Of a stretch of DNA of 36,717 nucleotides, positions 1-7,367 are shown in pieces. A model generated the notes under the pieces. That model saw nothing but the letters and a program-made list of their open reading frames with translations. It had not been told where the DNA came from and ran no database searches. Positions within the stretch are counted from its first letter, which is position 1; each line of letters begins with the position of its first letter. Position numbers and translations under genes: made by a program. The stretch is from a virus (lineage: Duplodnaviria > Caudoviricetes): positions 1 through 36,717 of IMG/VR virus record IMGVR_UViG_3300042890_000848, one strand, 5' to 3'.

Positions 1-127
1 CAACAAAAGTAAAAAAAGTTACTTTTTCTGTTTACAAGTTTCTGTAGGTAGGCTTTATTCGTCTCCGTCATGTTTACGGAGACCAGTTTTTCTGTTGTAT
101 TCGCAATCCCCTCTCTGTGGGTGCGCG
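1..127. repeat. Terminal direct repeat, copy 1 (probable circular-assembly overlap)
   Basis: Identical to 36591-36717; 127 is a common assembler k-mer length. Confidence 0.95.
61..92 (+). terminator. Probable intrinsic terminator after the 36141-36602 gene (across the circular junction)
   Basis: GTCTCCGT-catgttt-ACGGAGAC 8-bp stem followed by CAGTTTTTC. Confidence 0.5.
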
Positions 128-192
128 ATAACTTCACAAAACCATCTCTGTAATGTATGTCATGAATAGTGGAACCCAAGAATCTGAACCTC

Positions 193-363
193 ATGCCGAT
201 ACAGAAACCAAAAAATATCAACTTTCGGGCTTCCGAAGAATTGTACCAAACCCTCCAAACGGAGGCCACCCGAACCCACCGAAGCGTTGGGGCATTTGTC
301 CGAGCCATTCTGGAGATGGTCTTAATGCCTGACCCAAATGAGACCGAGGTCAATGAGAACTAA
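193..363 (+). CDS. Ribbon-helix-helix (Arc/CopG-like) regulator
   Basis: KNINFRASEELYQTLQTEATRTHRSVGAFVRAILE fits a beta-strand plus two helices; ATG 193 preferred over GTG 169. Confidence 0.7.
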   Translation: MPIQKPKNINFRASEELYQTLQTEATRTHRSVGAFVRAILEMVLMPDPNETEVNEN

Positions 364-364
364 A

Positions 365-445
365 ATGACCAAGCTCGACTACATATGCGCCGGCGCACTT
401 TTCACCATGCTCGTTTTGTCGGTTGCTGCCACGCGTTTCAAATGA
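365..445 (+). CDS. 26-aa hydrophobic peptide
   Basis: MTKLDYICAGALFTMLVLSVAATRFK; starts 1 nt after the previous stop, ATGA overlap with the next ORF. Confidence 0.5.
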   Translation: MTKLDYICAGALFTMLVLSVAATRFK

Positions 446-543
446 TCCGCGCATTCCTCCAGCACGTTCGCTCTTGGTGGGCAGCGCAGTCGCCCGACAA
501 GCGCCCCTCCTACATGAGGTTCAACACATTTTGCAGTCGTTAG
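442..543 (+). CDS. 33-aa hypothetical peptide
   Basis: MIRAFLQHVRSWWAAQSPDKRPSYMRFNTFCSR; ATGA-coupled to the upstream ORF. Confidence 0.45.
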   Translation: MIRAFLQHVRSWWAAQSPDKRPSYMRFNTFCSR

Positions 544-586
544 TCGTTAGTCCAAACCCAAACAAAACAAACCGAAAACATACCGA

Positions 587-733
587 ATGAACACACCCGA
601 CTACATCACAACTGGAGGCTTTTTCCTATCAGGATTGATTGCCTTCTTCCTAGGTCGCATCACCGCCCGTGACGACTACGAACCCTACGAAAACAGAGAG
701 GCCAAGGGATTGCAGTCCCCTGACCTCAAGTAG
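587..733 (+). CDS. 48-aa small membrane protein
   Basis: MNTPDYITTGGFFLSGLIAFFLGRITAR...; one hydrophobic segment, A/C-rich upstream region. Confidence 0.5.
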   Translation: MNTPDYITTGGFFLSGLIAFFLGRITARDDYEPYENREAKGLQSPDLK

Positions 734-764
734 CCCGGAGAACCTTCTAGAGAACCCCGAAGCT

Positions 765-1598
765 ATGAGTACCCAAAATCAAATGACCCTTGCGGTCAAG
801 CAAGCAGAAGTCATCCCGTTCTCCGACATGGAGCGCATGGCGTCAGCACTCGCCAAGTCAGGTCTCTTTGCAATCAAGACACCAGATCAGGCAATCGCTC
901 TCATGCTCGTCGCCCAAAGCGAGGGCCGTCACCCGGCATCGGTCGCAGCCGAGATGGATGTAATCCAAGGCCGGCCTGCCTTGAAGTCGCAGGCTGCACT
1001 TGCGCGATTTCAGTCCGCAGGAGGAAAGATCCAATGGGTCACGCGAAACGACAACGAATGCACCATTGAAGGGTCTCACCCATCAGGCGGCACTCTTCGC
1101 GTCACTTGGACAATGGAGAGGGCGGAAGCCGCAGGACTGACCGGCAAAAGCACATGGCGGCAGTATCCCACAGCTATGCTCTCCGCAAGAGCGCAGGCAG
1201 AGCTTGTCAGGGCATTGTATCCCGCCTGCCTATCGGGTCAGTACCTCGTTGAAGAGGTCTCTGACTTCGACTCTCGCCCCGTATCCAGCGGCAAGTTCCA
1301 AGCGGTTAAGGCTTCCCTCCCCCCTGTTGAGGAGAAGGTCATTGAAGGCGAGGTGCTTCAAGTGGTCGAGACCCCCAAGGTTGAGAAGGAAGATCCCTTG
1401 GACGCCGTCTACGAGCTTGCCGAGACCGACAAGGTGACAGAGGAGCAGATCCTTGGATTCCTAAAGAGCAAGGACGCTATCCCTGCCGAAACGGAATACC
1501 TCGCTGACATCAAGCCGGCAATCCTTCGCCGCCTCAAGAAGTCATGGCCACAGGTGATCGCTTTCGCAGTTGGAGCATCAATGGAGGAGGCAGCATGA
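765..1598 (+). CDS. RecT/Redbeta-like single-strand annealing protein
   Basis: MDVIQGRP, WTMERAEAAGL, WRQYPTAML.ARA motifs; coupled to a nuclease gene; ATG 765 chosen. Confidence 0.75.
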   Translation: MSTQNQMTLAVKQAEVIPFSDMERMASALAKSGLFAIKTPDQAIALMLVAQSEGRHPASVAAEMDVIQGRPALKSQAALARFQSAGGKIQWVTRNDNECTIEGSHPSGGTLRVTWTMERAEAAGLTGKSTWRQYPTAMLSARAQAELVRALYPACLSGQYLVEEVSDFDSRPVSSGKFQAVKASLPPVEEKVIEGEVLQVVETPKVEKEDPLDAVYELAETDKVTEEQILGFLKSKDAIPAETEYLADIKPAILRRLKKSWPQVIAFAVGASMEEAA

Positions 1599-2605
1599 GC
1601 CGGCATCACCCTACCCTTTCGCCTTCGTCTCTGGACAAGAAGAACGCTTGCCTGCACTTCACGGGTAAGCCTGTTGGCAAGGCCGCGAATCGTGGAACCG
1701 AACTTCACGAGAAGTTGGCAGACGCCTTCACCCGCCGCGAGACTCCTTCTGACCCCCTCCTCAAGAGGGCGGCAGACAGGGCGCGGAACTACATCGCATC
1801 GGTGCAGGGAATTGAAGAAGAGGTGCAACTTCTCGACAACGACCTCAATCAGATCAGCTTTGGAACGGTTGACCTCTGGGGGCATACGCAGGACGGGGGG
1901 CTTGTCCTGCTGGATTGGAAGTCGGGGGTGCAGTCACCCGATACCTACCTTCACCAGATGGCGTTTTATTCACTCGCCCTCATGGAGCAGGAGGACGCCG
2001 ATGAGTGTCAGGCAGTCATTGTCCCGATTGACAACGACGATTCCGAAGCATTCGCAACGAGCTTCACCCGTGAGAGTGCGGCAGAGTTGATCTACCCCCT
2101 GATCGAAAGGATCAAGGGCATGGAGGAAGGCCCGAAGGAGAACCGGTTCTGCAACTGGTGCGCGAAGAGGAAGGAGTGTCCCATCTGGACGCTGCCTGCC
2201 GCTGAAGCAATCACTCCTGTCAGGGAGAAACTCCTCTTCACGGAGTCGGATGCGCTTGAGAGGCCCGAAGCCTACATGGACGCCCTCAAGAAGTTGGAGG
2301 GCATCTTTGAGTCATGGGGCATCAAGGAGGCGCTGAAGGCAAAGCTAGAGGCCGGCATAGAAGTCCCCGGTTGGAAGTTGCAGACTCGCAAGGGAGTCGC
2401 ATCTGTCAACGATGTCGAGGCAGTCTTGAGGGAAGTGGTCGAACGGATTGGGTACGCCAAGGCATCCAAGTTCGTGAGCATCAAGGCCGGCGAGATGGTG
2501 AAAGCATGGTCGGCCTACACATCGGGGGATCTCCCCGCCGGTGTCGAGGTCATCGAAGGCGAGGGCACAACCGCACTTGTTCAAGCGAAGGGAGGTGCCA
2601 AGTGA
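1595..2605 (+). CDS. PD-(D/E)XK exonuclease (Cas4/DUF2800-like, Cys cluster)
   Basis: GTELH, GTVDL, LDWKSG, QMAFY, CNWC..RKECP; GGAGG RBS and ATGA overlap. Confidence 0.85.
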   Translation: MSRHHPTLSPSSLDKKNACLHFTGKPVGKAANRGTELHEKLADAFTRRETPSDPLLKRAADRARNYIASVQGIEEEVQLLDNDLNQISFGTVDLWGHTQDGGLVLLDWKSGVQSPDTYLHQMAFYSLALMEQEDADECQAVIVPIDNDDSEAFATSFTRESAAELIYPLIERIKGMEEGPKENRFCNWCAKRKECPIWTLPAAEAITPVREKLLFTESDALERPEAYMDALKKLEGIFESWGIKEALKAKLEAGIEVPGWKLQTRKGVASVNDVEAVLREVVERIGYAKASKFVSIKAGEMVKAWSAYTSGDLPAGVEVIEGEGTTALVQAKGGAK

Positions 2606-2829
2606 GCAACAGCAACCCTACGCAAGCCCAGGTTATTCTGGATCACCTCCTCTCTGGCAAGCCTCTCACGGCGCTGGATGCCCTCAACGAGTACGGATGC
2701 TTCCGACTCGCCGCCCGTGTCCACGAACTACGCCGTGCTGGTCACGATATTGAGGAGACGATGGTCTCTTCCAAGGCAGGCAAGCGCCATGCCTCCTACT
2801 TCATCCGCCAGGAGCTTTGCCTCGCATGA
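2602..2829 (+). CDS. Winged HTH protein (HTH_39-like)
   Basis: ILDHLLSGKPLTALDALNEYGCFRLAARVHELRRAGHDI; GTG start with GGAGG RBS, GTGA overlap. Confidence 0.8.
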   Translation: MSNSNPTQAQVILDHLLSGKPLTALDALNEYGCFRLAARVHELRRAGHDIEETMVSSKAGKRHASYFIRQELCLA

Positions 2830-3761
2830 TATGCGCGAACTACACCTCTTCGCTGGAGCCGGTGGAGGCATCCTTGGCGGACACCTCCTCGGACACACAA
2901 CTGTCGCAGCAGTTGAAATCGAACCCTATTGCCAAGCAGTCCTCAAGCAGCGACAAGCCGACGGAATACTACCTCCCTTCCCTATTTTCGGAGACATCCG
3001 AGATTTCAACGGGAACGAATGGCGAGGAAAGGTCGATGTCGTCGCGGGCGGCTTCCCCTGTCAGGACATTTCATCTGCTGGTCGAGGTGCTGGGATTACA
3101 GGAGAACGGTCGGGCCTTTGGGGAGAAATGGCGCGAATTATCGGTGAAATACAACCCCGATACGCATTCGTGGAAAACTCACCAATGCTCACTTCTAGAG
3201 GGCTTGGACGAGTTCTCGGAGACTTGGCCGAAATGGGGTATGATGCAAAATGGTGCGTGCTGGGAGCGCATCATTGCGGAGCGCCCCACAAACGAGACCG
3301 AATCTGGATTCTGGCGCAGTCCAGACACGGGACAAGGGGGAACATCGGGATTGCTAAAGAAGGGACTCAACAAACGAGCGAATGGTCAACCTATCCAGAT
3401 CCGACTTGTGGATCAGGTGAACAATCCGAGGTTTTGGCCCACTCCAGCGGCAAGGGATCACAAGGGAGCCAACAGCCTGCACCATGTAACCGTGGCGGGG
3501 GGGGGGCGCAAGCACATGGATCAACTAGCGAATGCCGTGAAATACGCAACTCCGCAGTCGAGGGATTGGAGATCACCAGCAGGGAATCTGGATCGCTGGA
3601 ACAACCCGGATCGCAGCAGGAACCTCAACGATCAGATTGGTGGGCAACTGAACCCGCCCTGGGTCGAGTGGCTAATGGGGTGGCCCGTAGGGTGGACAGA
3701 CTTAAAGCCATTGGAAACGGACAAGTTCCAATCGTGGCAGCAACAGCATGGAGGATTTTAA
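2826..3761 (+). CDS. Overlapping alternative-frame methyltransferase partner (beta-like polypeptide); start 2826 or 3036
   Basis: About 930 nt open in a second frame; repeated W/Y-x-T/S-P units and a motif IX-like LNPPWVEWLMGWPVGWTD. Confidence 0.75.
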   Translation: MICANYTSSLEPVEASLADTSSDTQLSQQLKSNPIAKQSSSSDKPTEYYLPSLFSETSEISTGTNGEERSMSSRAASPVRTFHLLVEVLGLQENGRAFGEKWRELSVKYNPDTHSWKTHQCSLLEGLDEFSETWPKWGMMQNGACWERIIAERPTNETESGFWRSPDTGQGGTSGLLKKGLNKRANGQPIQIRLVDQVNNPRFWPTPAARDHKGANSLHHVTVAGGGRKHMDQLANAVKYATPQSRDWRSPAGNLDRWNNPDRSRNLNDQIGGQLNPPWVEWLMGWPVGWTDLKPLETDKFQSWQQQHGGF

Positions 3762-3772
3762 CATGGAAGTAG
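2831..3772 (+). CDS. C5-cytosine DNA methyltransferase, large (alpha-like) polypeptide
   Basis: Motif I LFAGAGG, IV GGFPCQD, VI ENSP, VIII HKRDRIW, X RLKAIGNGQV; motif IX not seen in this frame. Confidence 0.9.
   Translation: MRELHLFAGAGGGILGGHLLGHTTVAAVEIEPYCQAVLKQRQADGILPPFPIFGDIRDFNGNEWRGKVDVVAGGFPCQDISSAGRGAGITGERSGLWGEMARIIGEIQPRYAFVENSPMLTSRGLGRVLGDLAEMGYDAKWCVLGAHHCGAPHKRDRIWILAQSRHGTRGNIGIAKEGTQQTSEWSTYPDPTCGSGEQSEVLAHSSGKGSQGSQQPAPCNRGGGGAQAHGSTSECREIRNSAVEGLEITSRESGSLEQPGSQQEPQRSDWWATEPALGRVANGVARRVDRLKAIGNGQVPIVAATAWRILTWK
3497..3506 (+). repeat. G10 homopolymer in the dual-coding methyltransferase region
   Basis: gtggc-GGGGGGGGGG-cgcaag. Confidence 0.9.
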
Positions 3773-3972
3773 GACGCATCAACTTCGGGCCGGCGGCAAC
3801 GCCGACATTCCCAGAGGATGACTTGAACAGGTTGAGGCGCCTCTCGGATTACCTCCGAGACCTCGACACCGACCGATCCGAACTCCAAGAGGCGCTCGAC
3901 GGACTTATCCAAGAAAACGACGAACTCCAAGCGGAGGTCGTGAGGCTTAACCAACTTCTCCACGGAAAATGA
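3763..3972 (+). CDS. Hypothetical coiled-coil protein
   Basis: GGAGG RBS, heptad-like C-terminus, coupled to both neighbours. Confidence 0.7.
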   Translation: MEVGRINFGPAATPTFPEDDLNRLRRLSDYLRDLDTDRSELQEALDGLIQENDELQAEVVRLNQLLHGK

Positions 3973-4289
3973 ACCGCAAAAAAAGTCACCAAAGCAAGCT
4001 GTCTCCAGAAGACCAATCCAAGCTCCGAGCCATGAGGTCAAGGGGCCCGGAAGAGTGGATGGAAATGCTCAACGCACTACCCGAAACCATCAGGCAATTC
4101 GCCGCACGGATTGTGTGGTGGGACTGGTTTGCCACCCGCACGGTTTCCGAGAGATGGCCCCACTTGGATACCTACCTCAAGTTTACGACCGAGGAATGCC
4201 CATACGCCCCTCTCGTTGAGGCGCTTGAAGAACTCGGATACCCCGAAAAGACCGCTTTAACCCGCGCAGACAACCCCAGATCCAAATAA
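3969..4289 (+). CDS. Hypothetical protein
   Basis: 106-aa ORF, ATGA overlap. Confidence 0.7.
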   Translation: MNRKKSHQSKLSPEDQSKLRAMRSRGPEEWMEMLNALPETIRQFAARIVWWDWFATRTVSERWPHLDTYLKFTTEECPYAPLVEALEELGYPEKTALTRADNPRSK

Positions 4290-4293
4290 AACC

Positions 4294-4596
4294 ATGAGCA
4301 ATACACAAGACCCCCTGTACCTCCGCAAGTGGAAACAGGAAGGTATCCGTTACCTTGGCAAAGACGGCAGCGGACACATTGACCACCTTGACCGATGGGA
4401 ACAGGCGTACAAGATAGCCCACGCCGACGGTCACGCTGAAGGCAAGCATGAGGCAATCGAGCTTTGTGTCGGCCTCCTGTATCACCAGTATCAGACGATT
4501 AAAACCTTCCACGGGAAAGAGGCCGAGATGTCCCTTTTACTGAAAAACTGCATCTTGGAAATCCGAGAGGCCCAGGCACAGGAGATGGAAAAATGA
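4294..4596 (+). CDS. Hypothetical protein
   Basis: 100-aa ORF tightly packed in the operon. Confidence 0.7.
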   Translation: MSNTQDPLYLRKWKQEGIRYLGKDGSGHIDHLDRWEQAYKIAHADGHAEGKHEAIELCVGLLYHQYQTIKTFHGKEAEMSLLLKNCILEIREAQAQEMEK

Positions 4597-4973
4597 CCAA
4601 CTCAAGAGCCAAAGGATGCCGAGGAGAACGGGAGTGGCGCGACCAACTACGGGAGGCCGGCTTCCTCAAGGCCCGTCGAGGGCAGCAGTTCTCTGGTGGC
4701 ACCGACTCCCCGGATGTGGTTTGCCCAGAGTTGCCAGATGTCCACTTTGAAGTAAAGCGAGTGGAGTCAGGCAATCCCTACAACTGGCACGATCAAGCCA
4801 AGCGTGACGCCGGCTCCAAGATCCCCGTCGTTGCCCACAAGCGCAATGGCAGAAGGTGGCTTGTCATTCTTGAAGCTGGACATTTCCTAGACATTTTGAG
4901 GAGGTCAGACCTTTGCGGGTCTAACGTCATTACCACGGTGGAAGATTACAAGAAGGCTATTGAGTCGATTTAA
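4593..4973 (+). CDS. Holliday-junction resolvase-like PD-(D/E)XK nuclease
   Basis: NSRAKG.RGERE, RGQQFSGG.DSPDV, HFEVKRVE. Confidence 0.8.
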   Translation: MTNSRAKGCRGEREWRDQLREAGFLKARRGQQFSGGTDSPDVVCPELPDVHFEVKRVESGNPYNWHDQAKRDAGSKIPVVAHKRNGRRWLVILEAGHFLDILRRSDLCGSNVITTVEDYKKAIESI

Positions 4974-4980
4974 TATCCGC

Positions 4981-5009
4981 TTGACCATATAACATCGCTA
5001 AACTAATTT
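4981..5009 (+). promoter_or_regulatory. Sigma70-like promoter of the HNH/initiator unit
   Basis: TTGACC-N17-TAATTT with TAACATC in the spacer. Confidence 0.55.
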
Positions 5010-5040
5010 CAAACAAACGGGAGTGAAAACCTGAAAAGAT

Positions 5041-5127
5041 ATGAAACTTAACTTTAATCCCCTGCTTCTGCGTGTGCCGTTCATGTCCGGCGTTTTTCAC
5101 CGCGTAGAGGCAGGGGTTTCTTTTTAA
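5041..5127 (+). CDS. Putative 28-aa leader peptide
   Basis: MKLNFNPLLLRVPFMSGVFHRVEAGVSF; spans the hairpin and stops 4 nt before the HNH start. Confidence 0.35.
   Translation: MKLNFNPLLLRVPFMSGVFHRVEAGVSF
5059..5125 (+). terminator. Long hairpin with U-tract (terminator/attenuator)
   Basis: CCCCTGCTTCTGCG / CGTAGAGGCAGGGG 14-bp stem then TTTCTTTTT. Confidence 0.65.
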
Positions 5128-5131
5128 CATT

Positions 5132-5548
5132 ATGTCCGATTACAAGAAACTTCTGCTTGATCCACAATGGCAACGCAAGAAGTCAGAAATCCAGATAAAG
5201 CATAACTTCACTTGCCAATCATGTTTTGTAGAAGGCAAGACTGTTCATGTTCATCACAACTACTATCTCAAAGGAAGAAAACCTTGGGAATACGATGATG
5301 ATTGTTTTGCTCTTTTATGTGAGGATTGTCATAGCCAATTCCACAAAGATCAGGATGATTTAATGCAATCAGTCAGGTCTCTTGAGTGGTCTGATTTTAA
5401 TTTTGTTATTGGCTTCATTAAGGGAATCCAGGGAAAAGATGTTTCTGACTTTTCTTCTTTTGAAGAAGCGGAGGGGTATTTGAAAGGCAAAACACGGGAG
5501 TCAATGGATAGGGTCTATAAATTGATTGAGGAGGTTAAAGGTGAGTAA
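5132..5548 (+). CDS. HNH endonuclease-like protein
   Basis: WQRKK, CQSC, HVHH, LLCEDCH; AT-richer than its neighbours. Confidence 0.85.
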   Translation: MSDYKKLLLDPQWQRKKSEIQIKHNFTCQSCFVEGKTVHVHHNYYLKGRKPWEYDDDCFALLCEDCHSQFHKDQDDLMQSVRSLEWSDFNFVIGFIKGIQGKDVSDFSSFEEAEGYLKGKTRESMDRVYKLIEEVKGE

Positions 5549-6482
5549 GTCCCCCGCTTTCCAGTTTTACCCGAAAGAGTGGCTTTCAAGCATGGACATC
5601 ATGCTTATGACCCCGGAGCAAGAGGGCGCCTATATTCGACTTCTCTGCATATGCTGGGAGTCTGGTGATTGCTCTATCCCTGACGATGACAAGCAGCTTT
5701 CTATGCTTTCACGTCTCGGTGAAGGGTGGTTCAAGGGTAGTTCAACGGTAGTTCGCAATAAGTTCATTTCTCACCCTTATAAGCCAGGGTTTTTGACCAA
5801 CGAAAGACTGCTCAAAGAGGCAAATAAGCAAGCGGATTGGGCTAGGAAATGCTCTGCTGGTGGTAAGAAAAGTGCCGAAAAAAGGGCATCTCAACAGAGT
5901 AAAACCAATGACTCCAAGGGTAGCTCAAGGGTAGTTGAAGGTTACTTGGGAAATAGTACCAACTATTCTTCAACATTGCAGTCTTCAGTTTCCAATCTCC
6001 ATACTCCTGTATTACCCCCTACCCCCAAGAGGGATGATGAAGTGGCGAAGGTCAGGGATTGGTCGGCAGAGTTTGAAGAGTTCTGGAAGGCGTACCCCGA
6101 TCATCGTAAGGATAACCGCTATCGCACTCAAAGCGCATGGTCGGCGGCTCGCCTATTACTCCCGCCCATAAAAGAAGTTCTAGGGGCATTGGCGGCCTTT
6201 AAATCATCAAAGAAATGGAGGGATGAGCAGGGTAAATATGTTCCAGCACCACACGCATGGTTGGAAGAACGCCGATGGCAGGACGCACCGGCCTACTCAC
6301 CCAAGGCTAAACCGGCACCCAAGTCAGAGGTGGACGAAGCAGACGCATTCGCATGGAGGGCGGAAGCCTACCCCGAATCGCTTGAGGTGCACCCAAGCGC
6401 CCAATCCTTCCCCTTCAAAATCTGGCCCGAATCCATCCGGGCAGAGTACCGCAACCGCAACAACCAACTCCAGGCAGCATGA
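5541..6482 (+). CDS. Replication initiator (DUF1376/YdaU-like N-terminus)
   Basis: KSPAFQFYPKEWL, EQEGAYIRLL, FEEFWKAYP, YVPAPHAWLEERRW; GTG start with GAGGAGG RBS; internal iterons. Confidence 0.8.
   Translation: MSKSPAFQFYPKEWLSSMDIMLMTPEQEGAYIRLLCICWESGDCSIPDDDKQLSMLSRLGEGWFKGSSTVVRNKFISHPYKPGFLTNERLLKEANKQADWARKCSAGGKKSAEKRASQQSKTNDSKGSSRVVEGYLGNSTNYSSTLQSSVSNLHTPVLPPTPKRDDEVAKVRDWSAEFEEFWKAYPDHRKDNRYRTQSAWSAARLLLPPIKEVLGALAAFKSSKKWRDEQGKYVPAPHAWLEERRWQDAPAYSPKAKPAPKSEVDEADAFAWRAEAYPESLEVHPSAQSFPFKIWPESIRAEYRNRNNQLQAA
5721..5753 (+). repeat. Iteron-like tandem 11-mers, set 1
   Basis: GAAGGGTGGTT CAAGGGTAGTT CAACGGTAGTT. Confidence 0.7.
5915..5947 (+). repeat. Iteron-like tandem 11-mers, set 2
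   Basis: CAAGGGTAGCT CAAGGGTAGTT GAAGGTTACTT. Confidence 0.7.
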
Positions 6483-6619
6483 CGATCATGCCATCAAATA
6501 ACACCGGGTTTGATGCCGGCAGGCTTTTCGGAATGTTCCCTGATAGACTCGCCCACCTCCACAACTGTGACTCCATCAGAGAACCAAAACAAGGCACAAG
6601 CCGAGGTCGAGAGGCTTAA
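6479..6619 (+). CDS. 46-aa hypothetical peptide
   Basis: ATGA-coupled to the initiator stop; MTIMPSNNTGFDAGRLFGMFPDR...; overlaps the next ORF. Confidence 0.35.
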   Translation: MTIMPSNNTGFDAGRLFGMFPDRLAHLHNCDSIREPKQGTSRGREA

Positions 6620-7001
6620 CAACATCTTGGAGAATACCAGAATGTCTAGGGACACCATGATTGAAGACAGGAATCTCTTAGATCAAGAACTCGCCGCATC
6701 ACAGTCCGAGGTCGCAAGGCTCAGGGCTGAAGTCCAAAGGGCAATCGAGGATAGAAACCGCATTGGGATCGAGATCCGAGGCGAGTATTTGCCTAAACTT
6801 AAGGAAACAAACAACGAGGTCGCAAGGCTCCGTGAGCTACTAAACCGAGCGATTGAGATTGCTGAAACAGCGTGTAAGTACCTAGATACTGGCGGCTGGA
6901 ATGAGGACGAGATGTATTCTGGAAAAGATGGATGGGTAACGGAGACGGAGATAAATGAGGTGTGCGCCACCCTCGCCTCACTCAAATCTGAAATCAAATG
7001 A
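6510..7001 (+). CDS. Hypothetical coiled-coil protein with EV(A/E)RL repeats (start uncertain)
   Basis: AEVERL, SEVARL, NEVARL; coupled to the next gene. Confidence 0.6.
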   Translation: MMPAGFSECSLIDSPTSTTVTPSENQNKAQAEVERLNNILENTRMSRDTMIEDRNLLDQELAASQSEVARLRAEVQRAIEDRNRIGIEIRGEYLPKLKETNNEVARLRELLNRAIEIAETACKYLDTGGWNEDEMYSGKDGWVTETEINEVCATLASLKSEIK

Positions 7002-7189
7002 CAATAACCGACACACCACGATGCGAAGCCGAACGCTTTGAAGCTCTTGAAGGCTCTGCACTTCGCAGGGACTGCGTTAAATTAAACTTCGCTAGACAAC
7101 TTGAACGCGAACTAACCGCATCACAGTCCGAGGTCGAGAGGCTGAAGGAGCAACTAATATCCTTGACACCTAACAAAACCAATCAGTAA
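6998..7189 (+). CDS. Hypothetical protein
   Basis: TDTPRC...FARQLERELTASQSEVERL; ATGA overlap. Confidence 0.65.
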   Translation: MTITDTPRCEAERFEALEGSALRRDCVKLNFARQLERELTASQSEVERLKEQLISLTPNKTNQ

Positions 7190-7202
7190 AATTACCGCAA
7201 TT

Positions 7203-7367
7203 ATGGGAGTTAGTAAACCACGCACTCAAGGCAAAGGAGATGGAAGACGCGACAACTTCAAGGCGTTCAGCGCCGGCATCGAAGCTATTCAGAAACCTTC
7301 AAACTGGAAACCTCACGGCGCCGTGTTTCTCCGCAAAAACAACCGAACCGTTGTCAAGTATGGGTAA
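7203..7367 (+). CDS. 54-aa hypothetical protein
   Basis: MGVSKPRTQGKGDGRRDNFKAF...; its stop overlaps the terS start region. Confidence 0.5.
   Translation: MGVSKPRTQGKGDGRRDNFKAFSAGIEAIQKPSNWKPHGAVFLRKNNRTVVKYG

Noticed and set aside
1-127. Biological terminal repeat as in T7
   Set aside because: An exact 127-bp length matches a typical assembler k-mer overlap and it cuts through a gene end; read data are needed to say more
1595-2605. Cas4 as part of a CRISPR system
   Set aside because: No repeat-spacer array or other cas genes seen; context next to a RecT-like gene indicates a recombination nuclease
7240-7359. Longer terS start at 7240
   Set aside because: The region is better explained by the 7203-7367 ORF, and terS-like sequence begins at 7360; not fully excluded because 7240 has an AAGGAG upstream
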